Positions 19,299 through 29,569 of a stretch of DNA of 64,000 bases are shown piece by piece. The stretch's first letter is position 1, and each line of letters opens with the position of its first letter. A program made the position numbers and the translations under genes. Under the pieces are notes generated by a model. That model was not told where the DNA came from. It saw nothing but the letters and a program-made list of their open reading frames with translations, and did no database searches. The stretch is from a phage: the sequence record PZ452608.1. One strand, 5' to 3'.

Positions 19299-21533
19299 AT
19301 GATTAAGACAATTAAAAAATCAAACGGTACAGTGGTAAGTTTTGACCCAGAAAGACTGAATAAGTGGGCATCATGGGCAGATAAGCGTGGAATCATCTGG
19401 TCAGAAGTCACTATGGAAGCCATGAAACGTGTCTATGAAGGTTGCACCACAAAAGAGATGCACCAAGCCATGATTGATGTTTGTGTTGATAAACAAACTC
19501 AAGAGTACTCAGACATGGCTGGACGGCTACTTCTGGGGATTATCTACAAAGAAGCCTTTGGAGGCTTTACTAAGGTTCCTACGCTGGTTACCTTCGTTAA
19601 AAATATGGAGAGAGCAGGACTTTGGGAGAAGATGGACTATTCTCAGGAAGAGCTTGAATATCTGCAAGGGTACATTGTGCACTCAAAAGATATCTCTTAC
19701 GGCTATGCAGTGTTGAAACAGTTCAGAGATAAATATGGTATCCGTGATATTAAAACGGGAAGACTTTTTGAATCACCACAATTTATGTTTATGGGTATGG
19801 CTATGAAAGCCTTTGAGAAGCAACCAAAGCACCGTAGACTGCAAGATGTGATTAAACTGTACACTTACCTATCTGACCTGAAGATTAATGCTCCTACGCC
19901 TTATCTGAATGGTTTACGTGCTACTAAGTCAGGTTATGCGTCATGCTGTTTGATTAAGGCAAATGATACTGCTGAGTCACTTGGTATTGCTGCAAAGGTT
20001 GCTTATGACATGACTACAAAGCAAGCTGGTATTGGTATGCTGATGGAGACTCGCACTATTGGTGATGGTATCCGTCAAAATACTATTGAGCACATGGGTA
20101 AGCTACCTTATTACAAGCTTGTACGTTCATCTGTAGAGGCAAACAAACAGAAGAGTCGTGGTGGTTCAGCTAATAACTTCTACACTGCTCTAGACCCGCA
20201 GATTGAAGATTTACTGCGTTTGAAGCACCCTACAACGGTTCCTTCTAAACGTATTAATGAGATGGACTACTCATTCGGTACAAACGATTATTTCTGGCAG
20301 TGTGTTCAGTATGATACAGATTGGTTGCTATTCTCTTACAAAGATGCACCAAAACTCTATGACATGTTCTACACAGCATCTGCTGATGAGTTTGCTATGG
20401 CAGTTGGTCATGCAGTACATTCAGGTGTTAAACACAGACGAGTCAAGGCTCGTGAAATTGCTAAGCTGTTTATTCAACAGCGTTATGCTACAGGTCGTGT
20501 GTATCCATTCTTCACTAACAATGCAAACACACATACACCATTTAAAGAACCATTGAAGATGTCAAATCTTTGTATGGAAATTGTATTGCCAGTGTATGGT
20601 TTTGAGAAAGAGACAGACCTTTACAGAGACGATGCTGTGAAAGAGGATGGTGAGGTAGCTCTTTGCTTCCTAGCTAGTTTGGTTGCAGGGAGAATTTCAG
20701 AAGATGAATACGCTGACGTTGCTTATTATGCTCTTGCAATGGTTGACTCCGTTATTGACCTTATGGATTATCCGTATCCGTCGATGCGTAACCATGTTCA
20801 GAAGCGTCGTTCTGTTGGGATTGGCCTTACAAATGTGGCTCATTACCTTGCGAAGAACTACGTGAACTATTCTTCAAGAGCAGGTAAGACGAAGCTTCAT
20901 GAGCTTGCTGAAATGCACTCTTACTACTTACACGAAGCTTCTTTGAGACTTGCTAAAGAACGTGGTGTACCTGAGTATATGAAGTTCACTAAGTATCCTG
21001 AAGGGTGGGTTCCTCCAAAGACAGCTAACAAGAAGATTGATGAAAAGCATGATGCGAAACTACGATATGATTGGGATGACTTAGCACAACGTATCAAAGA
21101 GAATGGTGGAATCCGAAACTCTGTATTAGAAGCTTACATGCCTAATGAGAGTTCTTCACTAGCAACTAATACGACAAATGGCTTGTACCCAATTCGTGAC
21201 TTTATTTTAACTAAAAAGTCTGCAACTGGTAACGTACTGTTTATTGTTCCAGATTATGAAGAGTTGAAGTATGTCTATGAAATTGCTTGGGATATTGACA
21301 CCTTTGATATGATTGATTGTTATGCAATTGCTCAAAAGTTCACTGGTCAAGCTATCTCTTCAGACTTCTATGTTGACTATGCAAAGTCTAAGAAGGTATC
21401 ATTGGCTCAAGCTCTGAAGTACATGATTTATGCCAACTCGGTAGGTATGAAAACCATGTACTACCTTAACAGTCGCATTGGTGTAGGTAAATCTGCACTG
21501 CAAGATGCTTATTGCGAGGGCTGCGGTGTTTAG
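19299..21533 (+). CDS. nrdA: ribonucleotide reductase class I large subunit
   Basis: 744-aa ORF assigned by size and operon context with nrdB and glutaredoxin-like gene; no active-site motif was checked. Confidence 0.75.
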   Translation: MIKTIKKSNGTVVSFDPERLNKWASWADKRGIIWSEVTMEAMKRVYEGCTTKEMHQAMIDVCVDKQTQEYSDMAGRLLLGIIYKEAFGGFTKVPTLVTFVKNMERAGLWEKMDYSQEELEYLQGYIVHSKDISYGYAVLKQFRDKYGIRDIKTGRLFESPQFMFMGMAMKAFEKQPKHRRLQDVIKLYTYLSDLKINAPTPYLNGLRATKSGYASCCLIKANDTAESLGIAAKVAYDMTTKQAGIGMLMETRTIGDGIRQNTIEHMGKLPYYKLVRSSVEANKQKSRGGSANNFYTALDPQIEDLLRLKHPTTVPSKRINEMDYSFGTNDYFWQCVQYDTDWLLFSYKDAPKLYDMFYTASADEFAMAVGHAVHSGVKHRRVKAREIAKLFIQQRYATGRVYPFFTNNANTHTPFKEPLKMSNLCMEIVLPVYGFEKETDLYRDDAVKEDGEVALCFLASLVAGRISEDEYADVAYYALAMVDSVIDLMDYPYPSMRNHVQKRRSVGIGLTNVAHYLAKNYVNYSSRAGKTKLHELAEMHSYYLHEASLRLAKERGVPEYMKFTKYPEGWVPPKTANKKIDEKHDAKLRYDWDDLAQRIKENGGIRNSVLEAYMPNESSSLATNTTNGLYPIRDFILTKKSATGNVLFIVPDYEELKYVYEIAWDIDTFDMIDCYAIAQKFTGQAISSDFYVDYAKSKKVSLAQALKYMIYANSVGMKTMYYLNSRIGVGKSALQDAYCEGCGV

Positions 21534-21588
21534 TTTTAACAACTATGAGGGTCGTAAAAGACCCTCTAAAAATAACTTTGGAGAGAGT

Positions 21589-21846
21589 ATGAAGGACTTA
21601 ATAGCAAATCATGAGTGGCCAATTTATCTGCTCTACAAACCTCGGAAAACGTTGTACTATGTAAGTAGCACAGATATGATGATAAAACAAAATGATGACT
21701 CATGGGTTGATGGTGTGTCATACATCTCTACAGCAGATGGTAAAATCTATGCAAGACCATATGAAATGTTCAATGAAGAAAATTGGGAAGTTCTAGACCG
21801 AAAACAAGCCTTAGAAATGATAAAGAAAGGAGAAATCACACTATGA
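21589..21846 (+). CDS. hypothetical protein
   Basis: ATG with GGAGAGAG RBS after a hairpin (GAGGGTC..GACCCTC) downstream of nrdA. Confidence 0.35.
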   Translation: MKDLIANHEWPIYLLYKPRKTLYYVSSTDMMIKQNDDSWVDGVSYISTADGKIYARPYEMFNEENWEVLDRKQALEMIKKGEITL

Positions 21847-22916
21847 TTAACCAACACCCAATCTTTTTAGGTGGTGAGAGAAAGACATTTGACTCACTTA
21901 ATAAGCACTACCCAAAAATCTTTGAGCTATATAAACAACAAAAAGCGCAAGACTGGTCAGAAGATGAGTTTCCTTTTGAACAATCACGTCTTGATTTTGA
22001 GAGTGTGCCAGCATCAATGTCAGGTGTAATGCTTGAGATTCTTAAGTGGCAGTGGGAAGCAGATACCCAAGTTGCTAAGAGCTTGGCATTCGCCTTTGCA
22101 CCATTCATCTCTGATGACATCTATGCAACTGCAATTATGAAGCAGTCTGAGATTGAAAACCTACATGCTCTTACTTACTCAGAGATTGTAAGGCAATGTA
22201 TTAAAAACCCTGAAACAATCTTAGATGAGATTAACCAGAATGTTGCTGTACAAGACCGATTAAAAACTGTGAATCGTGTTCTTGAAGAATTACTGGATGA
22301 AGGTATAAACTATCGCCTGAGTTATGTCCGTGATTCACTTCTTGACAAAGACCCTTTACACTTCCATAAAGTGATTCTGAAAGGGCTGTTTGCAGTGACT
22401 GCACTTGAAGGTATATCTTTTATGGCATCCTTTGCATGTACTTTTGCACTTGATGCTCAAGATAAATTTCAGGGTATTGCTCAAGCTGTCCAGAAAATTA
22501 TGCTTGACGAAATCCTTCACACTAAAATTGATATTGAAGTTTTAAAAGAAACTTTAAGAGATGATGAGTGGCAGAAAGCTTTTCAACAAATTCTTCCAGA
22601 GATTAAAGTAATCTTAGATGAAGTAGTTGAAAGTGAAGAGAAATGGTCGTATTATATCTTCTCTGAAGGACGTGCTGTAGTTGGGTTAAATACAAAACTT
22701 CTTCATGAGTGGGTTTACTATAATGCTGCCCCACTGTATGATATGTTTGGTATTCCCAGAGATTTTGTAGCTCCTAAAGAACCACCTTTGAAGTATATGA
22801 TTAAGAAGATGGAAATTGATAAAGAGCAGAATGCTAATCAGGAGCAACAGAACGGTGCGTACCTGTTGAATACTGTTGTAGATGATTTGAATAGTGGATT
22901 TTTAGAGGTTCCTTAA
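21843..22916 (+). CDS. nrdB: ribonucleotide reductase class I small subunit
   Basis: Assigned by size and position after nrdA; start at ATG (MINQHPIF) with AAAGGAG RBS; no di-iron motif was checked. Confidence 0.7.
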   Translation: MINQHPIFLGGERKTFDSLNKHYPKIFELYKQQKAQDWSEDEFPFEQSRLDFESVPASMSGVMLEILKWQWEADTQVAKSLAFAFAPFISDDIYATAIMKQSEIENLHALTYSEIVRQCIKNPETILDEINQNVAVQDRLKTVNRVLEELLDEGINYRLSYVRDSLLDKDPLHFHKVILKGLFAVTALEGISFMASFACTFALDAQDKFQGIAQAVQKIMLDEILHTKIDIEVLKETLRDDEWQKAFQQILPEIKVILDEVVESEEKWSYYIFSEGRAVVGLNTKLLHEWVYYNAAPLYDMFGIPRDFVAPKEPPLKYMIKKMEIDKEQNANQEQQNGAYLLNTVVDDLNSGFLEVP

Positions 22917-23158
22917 TGACTTATGTGATTTACTCCAAAACTGGATGCCCTCAGTGTGAGACTGCAAAGAATTTTGCAAAAACTCGTGGTATTGACCATG
23001 TTGTGAGAATGTTAGGGCAGGATTATGAACTGTCAGACCTGATGGATATTGCACAGATGCCAGTTCGTCAGATGCCATTCATCATGAAAACTGATGGACA
23101 AAACCTAAAGCCTGTTGGGACGCTACAGAATTTTATGGCAGAGGTGAATAATGCTTAA
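22916..23158 (+). CDS. glutaredoxin-like protein (NrdH-type)
   Basis: 80 aa with CPQC redox motif, directly after nrdB. Confidence 0.6.
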   Translation: MTYVIYSKTGCPQCETAKNFAKTRGIDHVVRMLGQDYELSDLMDIAQMPVRQMPFIMKTDGQNLKPVGTLQNFMAEVNNA

Positions 23159-23357
23159 ACGCATTTGGGAAGGTTTGGTTGTTGATGCACCAGCTATTGT
23201 GATTGGTATGCTGATTGTTAACCTATTTACTGATTTTGAACAAGGTTCATTGTTTGGGGCCATGTTACTATGGGTTATCTTTGAAATATTAGAGATACAG
23301 TTAGGCATCACTGAAAAACTTAGAAAACTCGTTTCTAAGTTTTCTAAAAAGATTTAA
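23151..23357 (+). CDS. small hydrophobic protein
   Basis: 68-aa hydrophobic ORF. Confidence 0.25.
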   Translation: MLKRIWEGLVVDAPAIVIGMLIVNLFTDFEQGSLFGAMLLWVIFEILEIQLGITEKLRKLVSKFSKKI

Positions 23358-23363
23358 AATGAA

Positions 23364-23386
23364 AGGGTCTCTTCGGAGACCTTTTT
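23364..23386 (+). terminator. intrinsic terminator (UUCG tetraloop)
   Basis: GGGTCTC-TTCG-GAGACC followed by TTTTT. Confidence 0.55.
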
Positions 23387-23405
23387 AGCATGTAAAGGGG
23401 CAATA

Positions 23406-25550
23406 ATGAACAAAGTACAGATTATTAAAAAGAACGGCTCACTTGAAGAACCCGATATCAAAAAAGTTTTAGCAGCAGTAGCTAAGTCAGCTAACAGGGT
23501 TGGATATAAAGAACTTCCACCAGATGTTACCCAAGCTCTTGAGTCAGCATTTATGAGGATTTTGGTAAAGTCCACTAAGCAGAATAATTTGCTTATCTCG
23601 GTAAATGATATTCACAGTATTGTTGAAGGTGCTTTGGCAGAGGTCAATCACGAGATTTATGAGTCTTACTCAACATACAGAAATTACCGTAAAGAGGTTG
23701 CTCAAAATTGGGACGAACTCTACCAGAAGACTAAAGATACACTCTTCTTAGGTGACCGTGAAAATGCTAACTTTGACAGCAGTTTAATTTCTACGAAAGG
23801 TTCAATTATCCGTGGTTACCTGACTAAAGAAATCTTTAAACAGTATCATCTAACACCAGAGGAACTTGAAGCCATTGAGAAAGGCTTTATCTATATCCAC
23901 GATTTGAGAGACCTGATTTTTGGTGGTATTAACTGTTGCCTGTTTGACATTGGTAAAGTACTAAAAGGTGGCTTTGAAATGTCCGGCATTGAGTACTGTG
24001 AACCTAAATCTGTACTGTCAGCGTTGCAGGTTATTGGTGACGTAGTACTTTCAGCAACTGCACAGCAATTTGGTGGTTTTACTTTAGCAGAGATTGATAA
24101 GGTACTTGTACCGTATGCTAAGAAGTCTCTACGCTATCATGCTGAGAAAGCATCATCTTATGGTATTCCTAAAGAGCATTACCACAATTATGTAATGGAG
24201 CAGTTACAAATTGAACTGACTCAAGGTTTTCAGTCACTTGAGATGAAACTAAATACCGTACCTTGTAGCCGTGGTGATTTTGCATTCACAACTTTAACAT
24301 TTGGTTTACTTGACTCAGATATGTCTAATGAGGATAATCGACTACAATACATGATTGCAAGTACTCTCCTAGATGTTCGTATGAATGGACAAGGCAAGAG
24401 TAAAAAACCTGTTGTATTCCCTAAACTGGTCTATATTTATGACCAGAAGAGACATGATGAGAATATCTGTCAAGGTCACCTGTACAGTAAAGCTATTGAG
24501 TGTTGCTCTAAAGCAATGTACCCAGATTTCTTAAGTGTGTCTGGTCATGGTGCTGTAGCAGAGGCTTTTGAGCGTTCTGGTAAGGTAATTTCACCGATGG
24601 GTTGCAGAGCCTTCTTATCTCCATATTTTAATGAGGATGGGGAAGAGTTTTACGTTGGTCGTGCTAACATTGGTGCTGTATCTTTGAACTTGCCAATGAT
24701 TTACCAGTACTCTAAAGAGAATGGTTTAGATTTCTGGAAAGAGCTTGATAAGTACCTAGAGATGATTCGCAACTTCCACAAGAAACGCTACGAAATGATT
24801 GCTAATATGCCAGCAAGTTCTAACCCTCTTGCGTTCACACAAGGTGGTCTGTACAAAGGAACTAAGAAACCTACTGACAAGGTTGGTTGGGATATTGTGA
24901 AGTCCTTCACAGCTTCTTTTGGTGTTACTGCGCTTGATGAGTTGTCTGTTCTTGCTGAAGGTAAACGACTTCATGAAGTTGGAAGCTATAGTTTTACATA
25001 TGATGTTCTGGCATACATTAACATGAAAACCGAAGAGTTTAAAAATGAAGATGGCTTCTTATATGCCGTCTATGGTACTCCAGCAGAATCACTATGTGGG
25101 ACTCAGCTAAAACAGTTCAGAGATATGTTTGGGGTTATCAAAGGTGTTTCCGATAAGGAATACTTTACAAACAGTTTCCATATGAATGTTGCAGCAGACA
25201 TCTCACCATTTGAGAAGCAGGACTTAGAAGAGCCATTCTTCCATATCTGTAGAGGCGGTAGAATCCAGTATGTAAGAGTAGCTAACCCAGAAAACTTATC
25301 AGCACTTAAGAGCTGTATTACAAGAGGGATGTTGAAAGGTTTCTATCAGGGACTTAACTTTGACTTAGCAATCTGTGAACATTGTGGTAACAGGCCAAAG
25401 GCTGATGTTGAAGAATGTGAAGTTTGTCACTCACATGATATCTCTGTGATTAACAGGGTGTGTGGGTATCTTGGATGGACTAAGATTAAAGGTGAATCCC
25501 GAATGAACGATGCAAAAATCGCTGAGATTCGTGACAGAGTTTCTATGTAA
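23406..25550 (+). CDS. nrdD: anaerobic ribonucleoside-triphosphate reductase
   Basis: 714 aa; C-terminal cysteine cluster and glycyl-radical-like RVCGYLG motif. Confidence 0.8.
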   Translation: MNKVQIIKKNGSLEEPDIKKVLAAVAKSANRVGYKELPPDVTQALESAFMRILVKSTKQNNLLISVNDIHSIVEGALAEVNHEIYESYSTYRNYRKEVAQNWDELYQKTKDTLFLGDRENANFDSSLISTKGSIIRGYLTKEIFKQYHLTPEELEAIEKGFIYIHDLRDLIFGGINCCLFDIGKVLKGGFEMSGIEYCEPKSVLSALQVIGDVVLSATAQQFGGFTLAEIDKVLVPYAKKSLRYHAEKASSYGIPKEHYHNYVMEQLQIELTQGFQSLEMKLNTVPCSRGDFAFTTLTFGLLDSDMSNEDNRLQYMIASTLLDVRMNGQGKSKKPVVFPKLVYIYDQKRHDENICQGHLYSKAIECCSKAMYPDFLSVSGHGAVAEAFERSGKVISPMGCRAFLSPYFNEDGEEFYVGRANIGAVSLNLPMIYQYSKENGLDFWKELDKYLEMIRNFHKKRYEMIANMPASSNPLAFTQGGLYKGTKKPTDKVGWDIVKSFTASFGVTALDELSVLAEGKRLHEVGSYSFTYDVLAYINMKTEEFKNEDGFLYAVYGTPAESLCGTQLKQFRDMFGVIKGVSDKEYFTNSFHMNVAADISPFEKQDLEEPFFHICRGGRIQYVRVANPENLSALKSCITRGMLKGFYQGLNFDLAICEHCGNRPKADVEECEVCHSHDISVINRVCGYLGWTKIKGESRMNDAKIAEIRDRVSM

Positions 25551-25704
25551 AACTTGACATGGTGGTGTGAGTCTTGATAGGCTTACATCACCTTTTTTAT
25601 TGGATGTTAGATATGGCAGAGAGTATTATTGGGTTGTTCATAGGTTCTGTCTTACTAGGGTTCTTTTTAGAACTCTCTTATTGTGAATTAAGAGGCAAGT
25701 TAAA

Positions 25705-25905
25705 ATGTTTAAAATATCAAAAGCGTTGATATACATTCTCCACATTCTAATCTTCTTCTTTGGGGTTAGTGTTATGGTATGGGGTTTTTCAGACCCACAA
25801 TGGAGTTTCGCATATCAGGGTCAGATGGATTTATGGTCATGCTTCAAACCATTTTTAGGGTTAGTCATAGCATTCAGTGCATTGCCAACTAAGGTGAAAT
25901 TATGA
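25705..25905 (+). CDS. small membrane protein
   Basis: Two hydrophobic segments. Confidence 0.3.
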   Translation: MFKISKALIYILHILIFFFGVSVMVWGFSDPQWSFAYQGQMDLWSCFKPFLGLVIAFSALPTKVKL

Positions 25906-26297
25906 TTAAGTTGAACAAAAAACAGTTAGAGTGGATTAAAGATTATGCCTCAGAGTGTGGCTCTTGCGAAAAGAATCACGTAAGATATTCAACATTCCAT
26001 ACGACCTTCACATTGTACATCAGCGACAACGTTCTAAGTGATTCCGTAGAAGATGGCGTAGCGTTACCTAATGAATTGCTTGACAAATTAGCTGTAGTCT
26101 CTGGAACTTGGTCTGAAGAAGACGGTCATGAATTATCTAACGATGTTGTCTTCTACACTCTTGAAAACATTATGAATCCAGAGTACATTATACTAATGAC
26201 TTGTGCACAAGATTGTGTGCCATTACAAAACTTCATTAAAGAACACTGCGAAGAATTTATTACTAAACAGGTTCCTTGTCAGGTGGTGTTTGAATGA
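25902..26297 (+). CDS. hypothetical protein
   Basis: 131-aa ORF. Confidence 0.4.
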   Translation: MIKLNKKQLEWIKDYASECGSCEKNHVRYSTFHTTFTLYISDNVLSDSVEDGVALPNELLDKLAVVSGTWSEEDGHELSNDVVFYTLENIMNPEYIILMTCAQDCVPLQNFIKEHCEEFITKQVPCQVVFE

Positions 26298-26593
26298 GTA
26301 AAACAATTCGAAGAAAAGGTTTAAAGAACGTTCATGGACTCTATGAGTGGAGAAATGAGGTACGTAACAGAGAAAATGCTTCAGATGTCTACTTCCATTC
26401 TGATATGATGTCCAGAAAAGGTGGCTCTTACGACTTCACAAGCCAGCCTTGTAGAGAGATTAAGAAGGCCACTAAACGTCTTACAAGAACACAAATAAGG
26501 CAGCTTTCTAAGACATCCTTCTTAGATGAAGATTTTGATATTGATAGCAAGTCTCCAAAGAAAGCCGCTAAGAACACTTATATGTATTGGTGA
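26294..26593 (+). CDS. hypothetical protein
   Basis: 99-aa ORF. Confidence 0.4.
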   Translation: MSKTIRRKGLKNVHGLYEWRNEVRNRENASDVYFHSDMMSRKGGSYDFTSQPCREIKKATKRLTRTQIRQLSKTSFLDEDFDIDSKSPKKAAKNTYMYW

Positions 26594-26602
26594 GGTAACT
26601 AG

Positions 26603-27088
26603 ATGAATTACATGGAGATTCGACCATTTGACACAGCTAATGGTGAAGGGGTTCGTGTAAGCCTCTTCGTAGCTGGTTGTAAGCATCACTGTGAAGGTTG
26701 CTTTAATAAGGAATCTTGGAAGTTTAATGCTGGTAAAGAGTTCACTTATGCAAACCTTTATGGCATCATTAAGTTAATGGATGATAATGCCATCAGTGGG
26801 CTGTCAATACTTGGTGGAGAACCTCTAGATGATAGAAATATTCAAGAGGTTACCAACATATGCAAACGTATTAAAACCGTTTACCCAGAAAAATCTATCT
26901 GGCTCTGGACAGGTTTTCAGTTACATGAAAAAATTCACCTTGATGTGATGAAATATGTTGACGTGGTGATTGATGGTAAGTATGATTCATCTAAACCAAC
27001 AGTTAAACCGTATCGTGGTTCAGATAACCAAAACCTCTGGAGAAAAGAGTACGGATGGCAAGGTGATTGTCAGTGGAGAGCAGAGTAA
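26603..27088 (+). CDS. nrdG: anaerobic RNR activating protein (radical SAM)
   Basis: CKHHCEGC (CxxxCxxC) radical-SAM cluster motif; near nrdD. Confidence 0.7.
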   Translation: MNYMEIRPFDTANGEGVRVSLFVAGCKHHCEGCFNKESWKFNAGKEFTYANLYGIIKLMDDNAISGLSILGGEPLDDRNIQEVTNICKRIKTVYPEKSIWLWTGFQLHEKIHLDVMKYVDVVIDGKYDSSKPTVKPYRGSDNQNLWRKEYGWQGDCQWRAE

Positions 27089-27212
27089 ATCTCGTTATAA
27101 AGTAGGTTATCGGTAAAAGCCACTTTACAATGTTCTACAGAACAAACTTAACCGTTGGTATCACTGAAGAAGAACTTAAAACATTTTGTGAAAAGATTGA
27201 GAGAGATATGAA

Positions 27213-27470
27213 ATGGGACTCTGGAATAGTTTTAAATCAAAAGTGAAAGCAGCACTAGCTTCATTAGGTATGCTCACTGGTGTTGATGTGACTCATCTTA
27301 TGCAGAACTTCAAGATGGATGAGAAACTGGCTAATGAGATTATGAAAAGCATCTATGTAGGCCGTGGCAAAGGTGGTAAGAAGCAAGCCCATCGTCCGAC
27401 TGGTGCAGCAGCAATTAAACGCGCAGCTAAGAAAGCTCGTAACCGTAAACGTAATAAGAAGGCTAAATAA
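27213..27470 (+). CDS. small basic protein
   Basis: Lys/Arg-rich C-terminus. Confidence 0.35.
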   Translation: MGLWNSFKSKVKAALASLGMLTGVDVTHLMQNFKMDEKLANEIMKSIYVGRGKGGKKQAHRPTGAAAIKRAAKKARNRKRNKKAK

Positions 27471-27472
27471 TC

Positions 27473-27793
27473 ATGAGCAAAGTTTATAACACTCGTAAAT
27501 TACAGATTTTCTTACTGTGCCAGTTTATGGCTAGAGAACATAACTCCTACTATTGTGGTACAGGATTCATTAGTGATAATGATGGCTCATATCTCCCATT
27601 CAAAGAGGCTGTAAAACTCTTCAATGAAGAGAAAAGCTCTGAGAAAGGTATTGAAAAGGTTAAATTAACCTATAGTAAGAAAGATAAGAAGATTATCTGC
27701 CTAGATAACTTTGTGAAAGTTACCAAAGAAACTAAAGAGTTAATGGAAGAAAGTGAAATTCCATTCACAAGAATCTTGAAAGTAGCTCAGTAA
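27473..27793 (+). CDS. hypothetical protein
   Basis: 106-aa ORF. Confidence 0.35.
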   Translation: MSKVYNTRKLQIFLLCQFMAREHNSYYCGTGFISDNDGSYLPFKEAVKLFNEEKSSEKGIEKVKLTYSKKDKKIICLDNFVKVTKETKELMEESEIPFTRILKVAQ

Positions 27794-27844
27794 ACAGATA
27801 CTATAAGGGGACTGTAAAGGTTCCCTTTTTATTTTGGAGGTAAA

Positions 27845-28360
27845 ATGTATCTGTCAAACCTGAAACGTTCGGTTGCAATGTCAGTTCTAAGACTCAGCTT
27901 TGATGAGCGTCAAGAGTTTATAGACTCCCACAAATATGACCCTTCAAATTCTAATCACATGGTTCTTTGGAATCGTGGTAACTTACGTGAAAGAGCACTT
28001 GTCCGTTATTACCCACACTACACAATAGATAACCTGTATGAATGGTGTGTTGTGAAGAACACCATTGCAACACTGAACAATCTTTGCAGGTATACGGGTA
28101 AGCAAATATTTACATTAGGTCATCACAAACCTGTTACAAAAGGTGGTGAACATCACTGTGCAAACTGGTTTATCCAAACTAAAGCTGATAACCAGAAGCA
28201 AGGAGATAGCCTCCTAAGTATCCCTAAGATGACCTATGAAGAGCAAGAGAAATATATCAAAAATAATATGCCAGATGTGCTTGACAACAACTATACAGAT
28301 TTGGCAATATCTCTCCTGTTGAAGTTCGAGACAGTTTATAGGGCAACTTATAATGACTAA
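27845..28360 (+). CDS. hypothetical protein, possible HNH-like nuclease
   Basis: GHHKPVTKGGEHHCANW...N..K segment is HNH-like; weak. Confidence 0.3.
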   Translation: MYLSNLKRSVAMSVLRLSFDERQEFIDSHKYDPSNSNHMVLWNRGNLRERALVRYYPHYTIDNLYEWCVVKNTIATLNNLCRYTGKQIFTLGHHKPVTKGGEHHCANWFIQTKADNQKQGDSLLSIPKMTYEEQEKYIKNNMPDVLDNNYTDLAISLLLKFETVYRATYND

Positions 28361-28631
28361 AGAAAAGTGGGAGATTTTACCATTAGTCAGTGAAGGAGGT
28401 AATGGTTGTGAAATGTACATGATACGTGGTCATGTTCCAGAGCCAATTGCACTTGAGATGGTAAACAACTTTACAGATGGTTCTTACAAAGACTTAGGCG
28501 AACCAACTGTCAAGCAACAATGGGTTAAACCTGTACCAGACAGCACAGGTAACTGTAGTGTACTTTATCACGTTGTAGACCCTGCAAAATGCAAATCTGC
28601 AATGGCAGTAACAAACGTAACTTTTGATTGA
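28353..28631 (+). CDS. hypothetical protein
   Basis: 92-aa ORF. Confidence 0.35.
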   Translation: MTKEKWEILPLVSEGGNGCEMYMIRGHVPEPIALEMVNNFTDGSYKDLGEPTVKQQWVKPVPDSTGNCSVLYHVVDPAKCKSAMAVTNVTFD

Positions 28632-28642
28632 GAGAGAAAACT

Positions 28643-29524
28643 ATGAAAACATCTATCCGTGTTACAGTTCATTCACCAACTAAAGGGACTCATGAAGAAG
28701 AGTTTAACATCGTCCAATTCCCTTCTGGTGAGATTGGTGGACACTTTTCGCCAGAGTTTGTTGATTTTACTGCTTATGCAGCATCATCCATCAACAATGT
28801 GATTATGATTGTAAAAGGTTATGACAAGGACACATTGTTTGCTGTGGCACTTGCTAAAGAAGCAATTGATGATTTAATTCCTCATGATTATGCTTTAAAG
28901 ACTGTCATCTTTTACTACTTACCAAATGCACGATATGACCGTCACATGTTTAAAGGTGACGCAGCAGCTTTAAAGGTTTTTGCTAAACAGATTAATGCAA
29001 TGGGATTTGGCGCAGTCTGTGCAGTTGACCCTCACAGCTATGTACCAGATAACCTGTTTAACTGCTTCCAGAGTATTCCTCAAAAGGAGATTGCAGTCCA
29101 CTATGCAAATGACCCACTGGTTGATTACTTAGTAGCCCCAGATGCAGGTGCTGCTAAGAAGGTTGCAGAGACCGCTAAAGAGGTGGATAAACCATATATC
29201 ACAATGTCTAAGGTGCGTAACCTTAAGACTGGTGAAATTACTGGTATGCGAATCCTTGATGATGTTGATTTGACAGATAAAACCGTCATGATTCTGGATG
29301 ATATCTGTGATGGTGGTCGAACCTTCATAGAAGCAGCTAAGCATCTCCGTGAAGCAGGTGCAAAACGTGTGGAACTCTATGTAACACATGGTATCTTCTC
29401 TAAAGATGTTGAAAACCTTCTTGACAATGGTATTGACCATATCTACACTACAAACTCTTTAGGGGAAGCTAAAGACCGTGGCTTAACACATTATGGTCAA
29501 GTTACTGTAGCAAACCTTGATTGA
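28643..29524 (+). CDS. ribose-phosphate pyrophosphokinase family protein (Prs-like; possible ADP-ribose pyrophosphokinase)
   Basis: PRTase motif VMILDDICDGGRTF, C-terminal VTHGIFS...TTNS and N-terminal NARYDRH resembling Prs; ATG start with GAGAGAGA RBS. Confidence 0.65.
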   Translation: MKTSIRVTVHSPTKGTHEEEFNIVQFPSGEIGGHFSPEFVDFTAYAASSINNVIMIVKGYDKDTLFAVALAKEAIDDLIPHDYALKTVIFYYLPNARYDRHMFKGDAAALKVFAKQINAMGFGAVCAVDPHSYVPDNLFNCFQSIPQKEIAVHYANDPLVDYLVAPDAGAAKKVAETAKEVDKPYITMSKVRNLKTGEITGMRILDDVDLTDKTVMILDDICDGGRTFIEAAKHLREAGAKRVELYVTHGIFSKDVENLLDNGIDHIYTTNSLGEAKDRGLTHYGQVTVANLD

Positions 29525-29533
29525 AACTTTATA

Positions 29534-29554
29534 GGGGCTTAAAAGCCCCATTTT
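29534..29554 (+). terminator. intrinsic terminator
   Basis: GGGGCTTAAAAGCCCC then ATTTT. Confidence 0.5.
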
Positions 29555-29569
29555 GAGAGAGATTAAAAG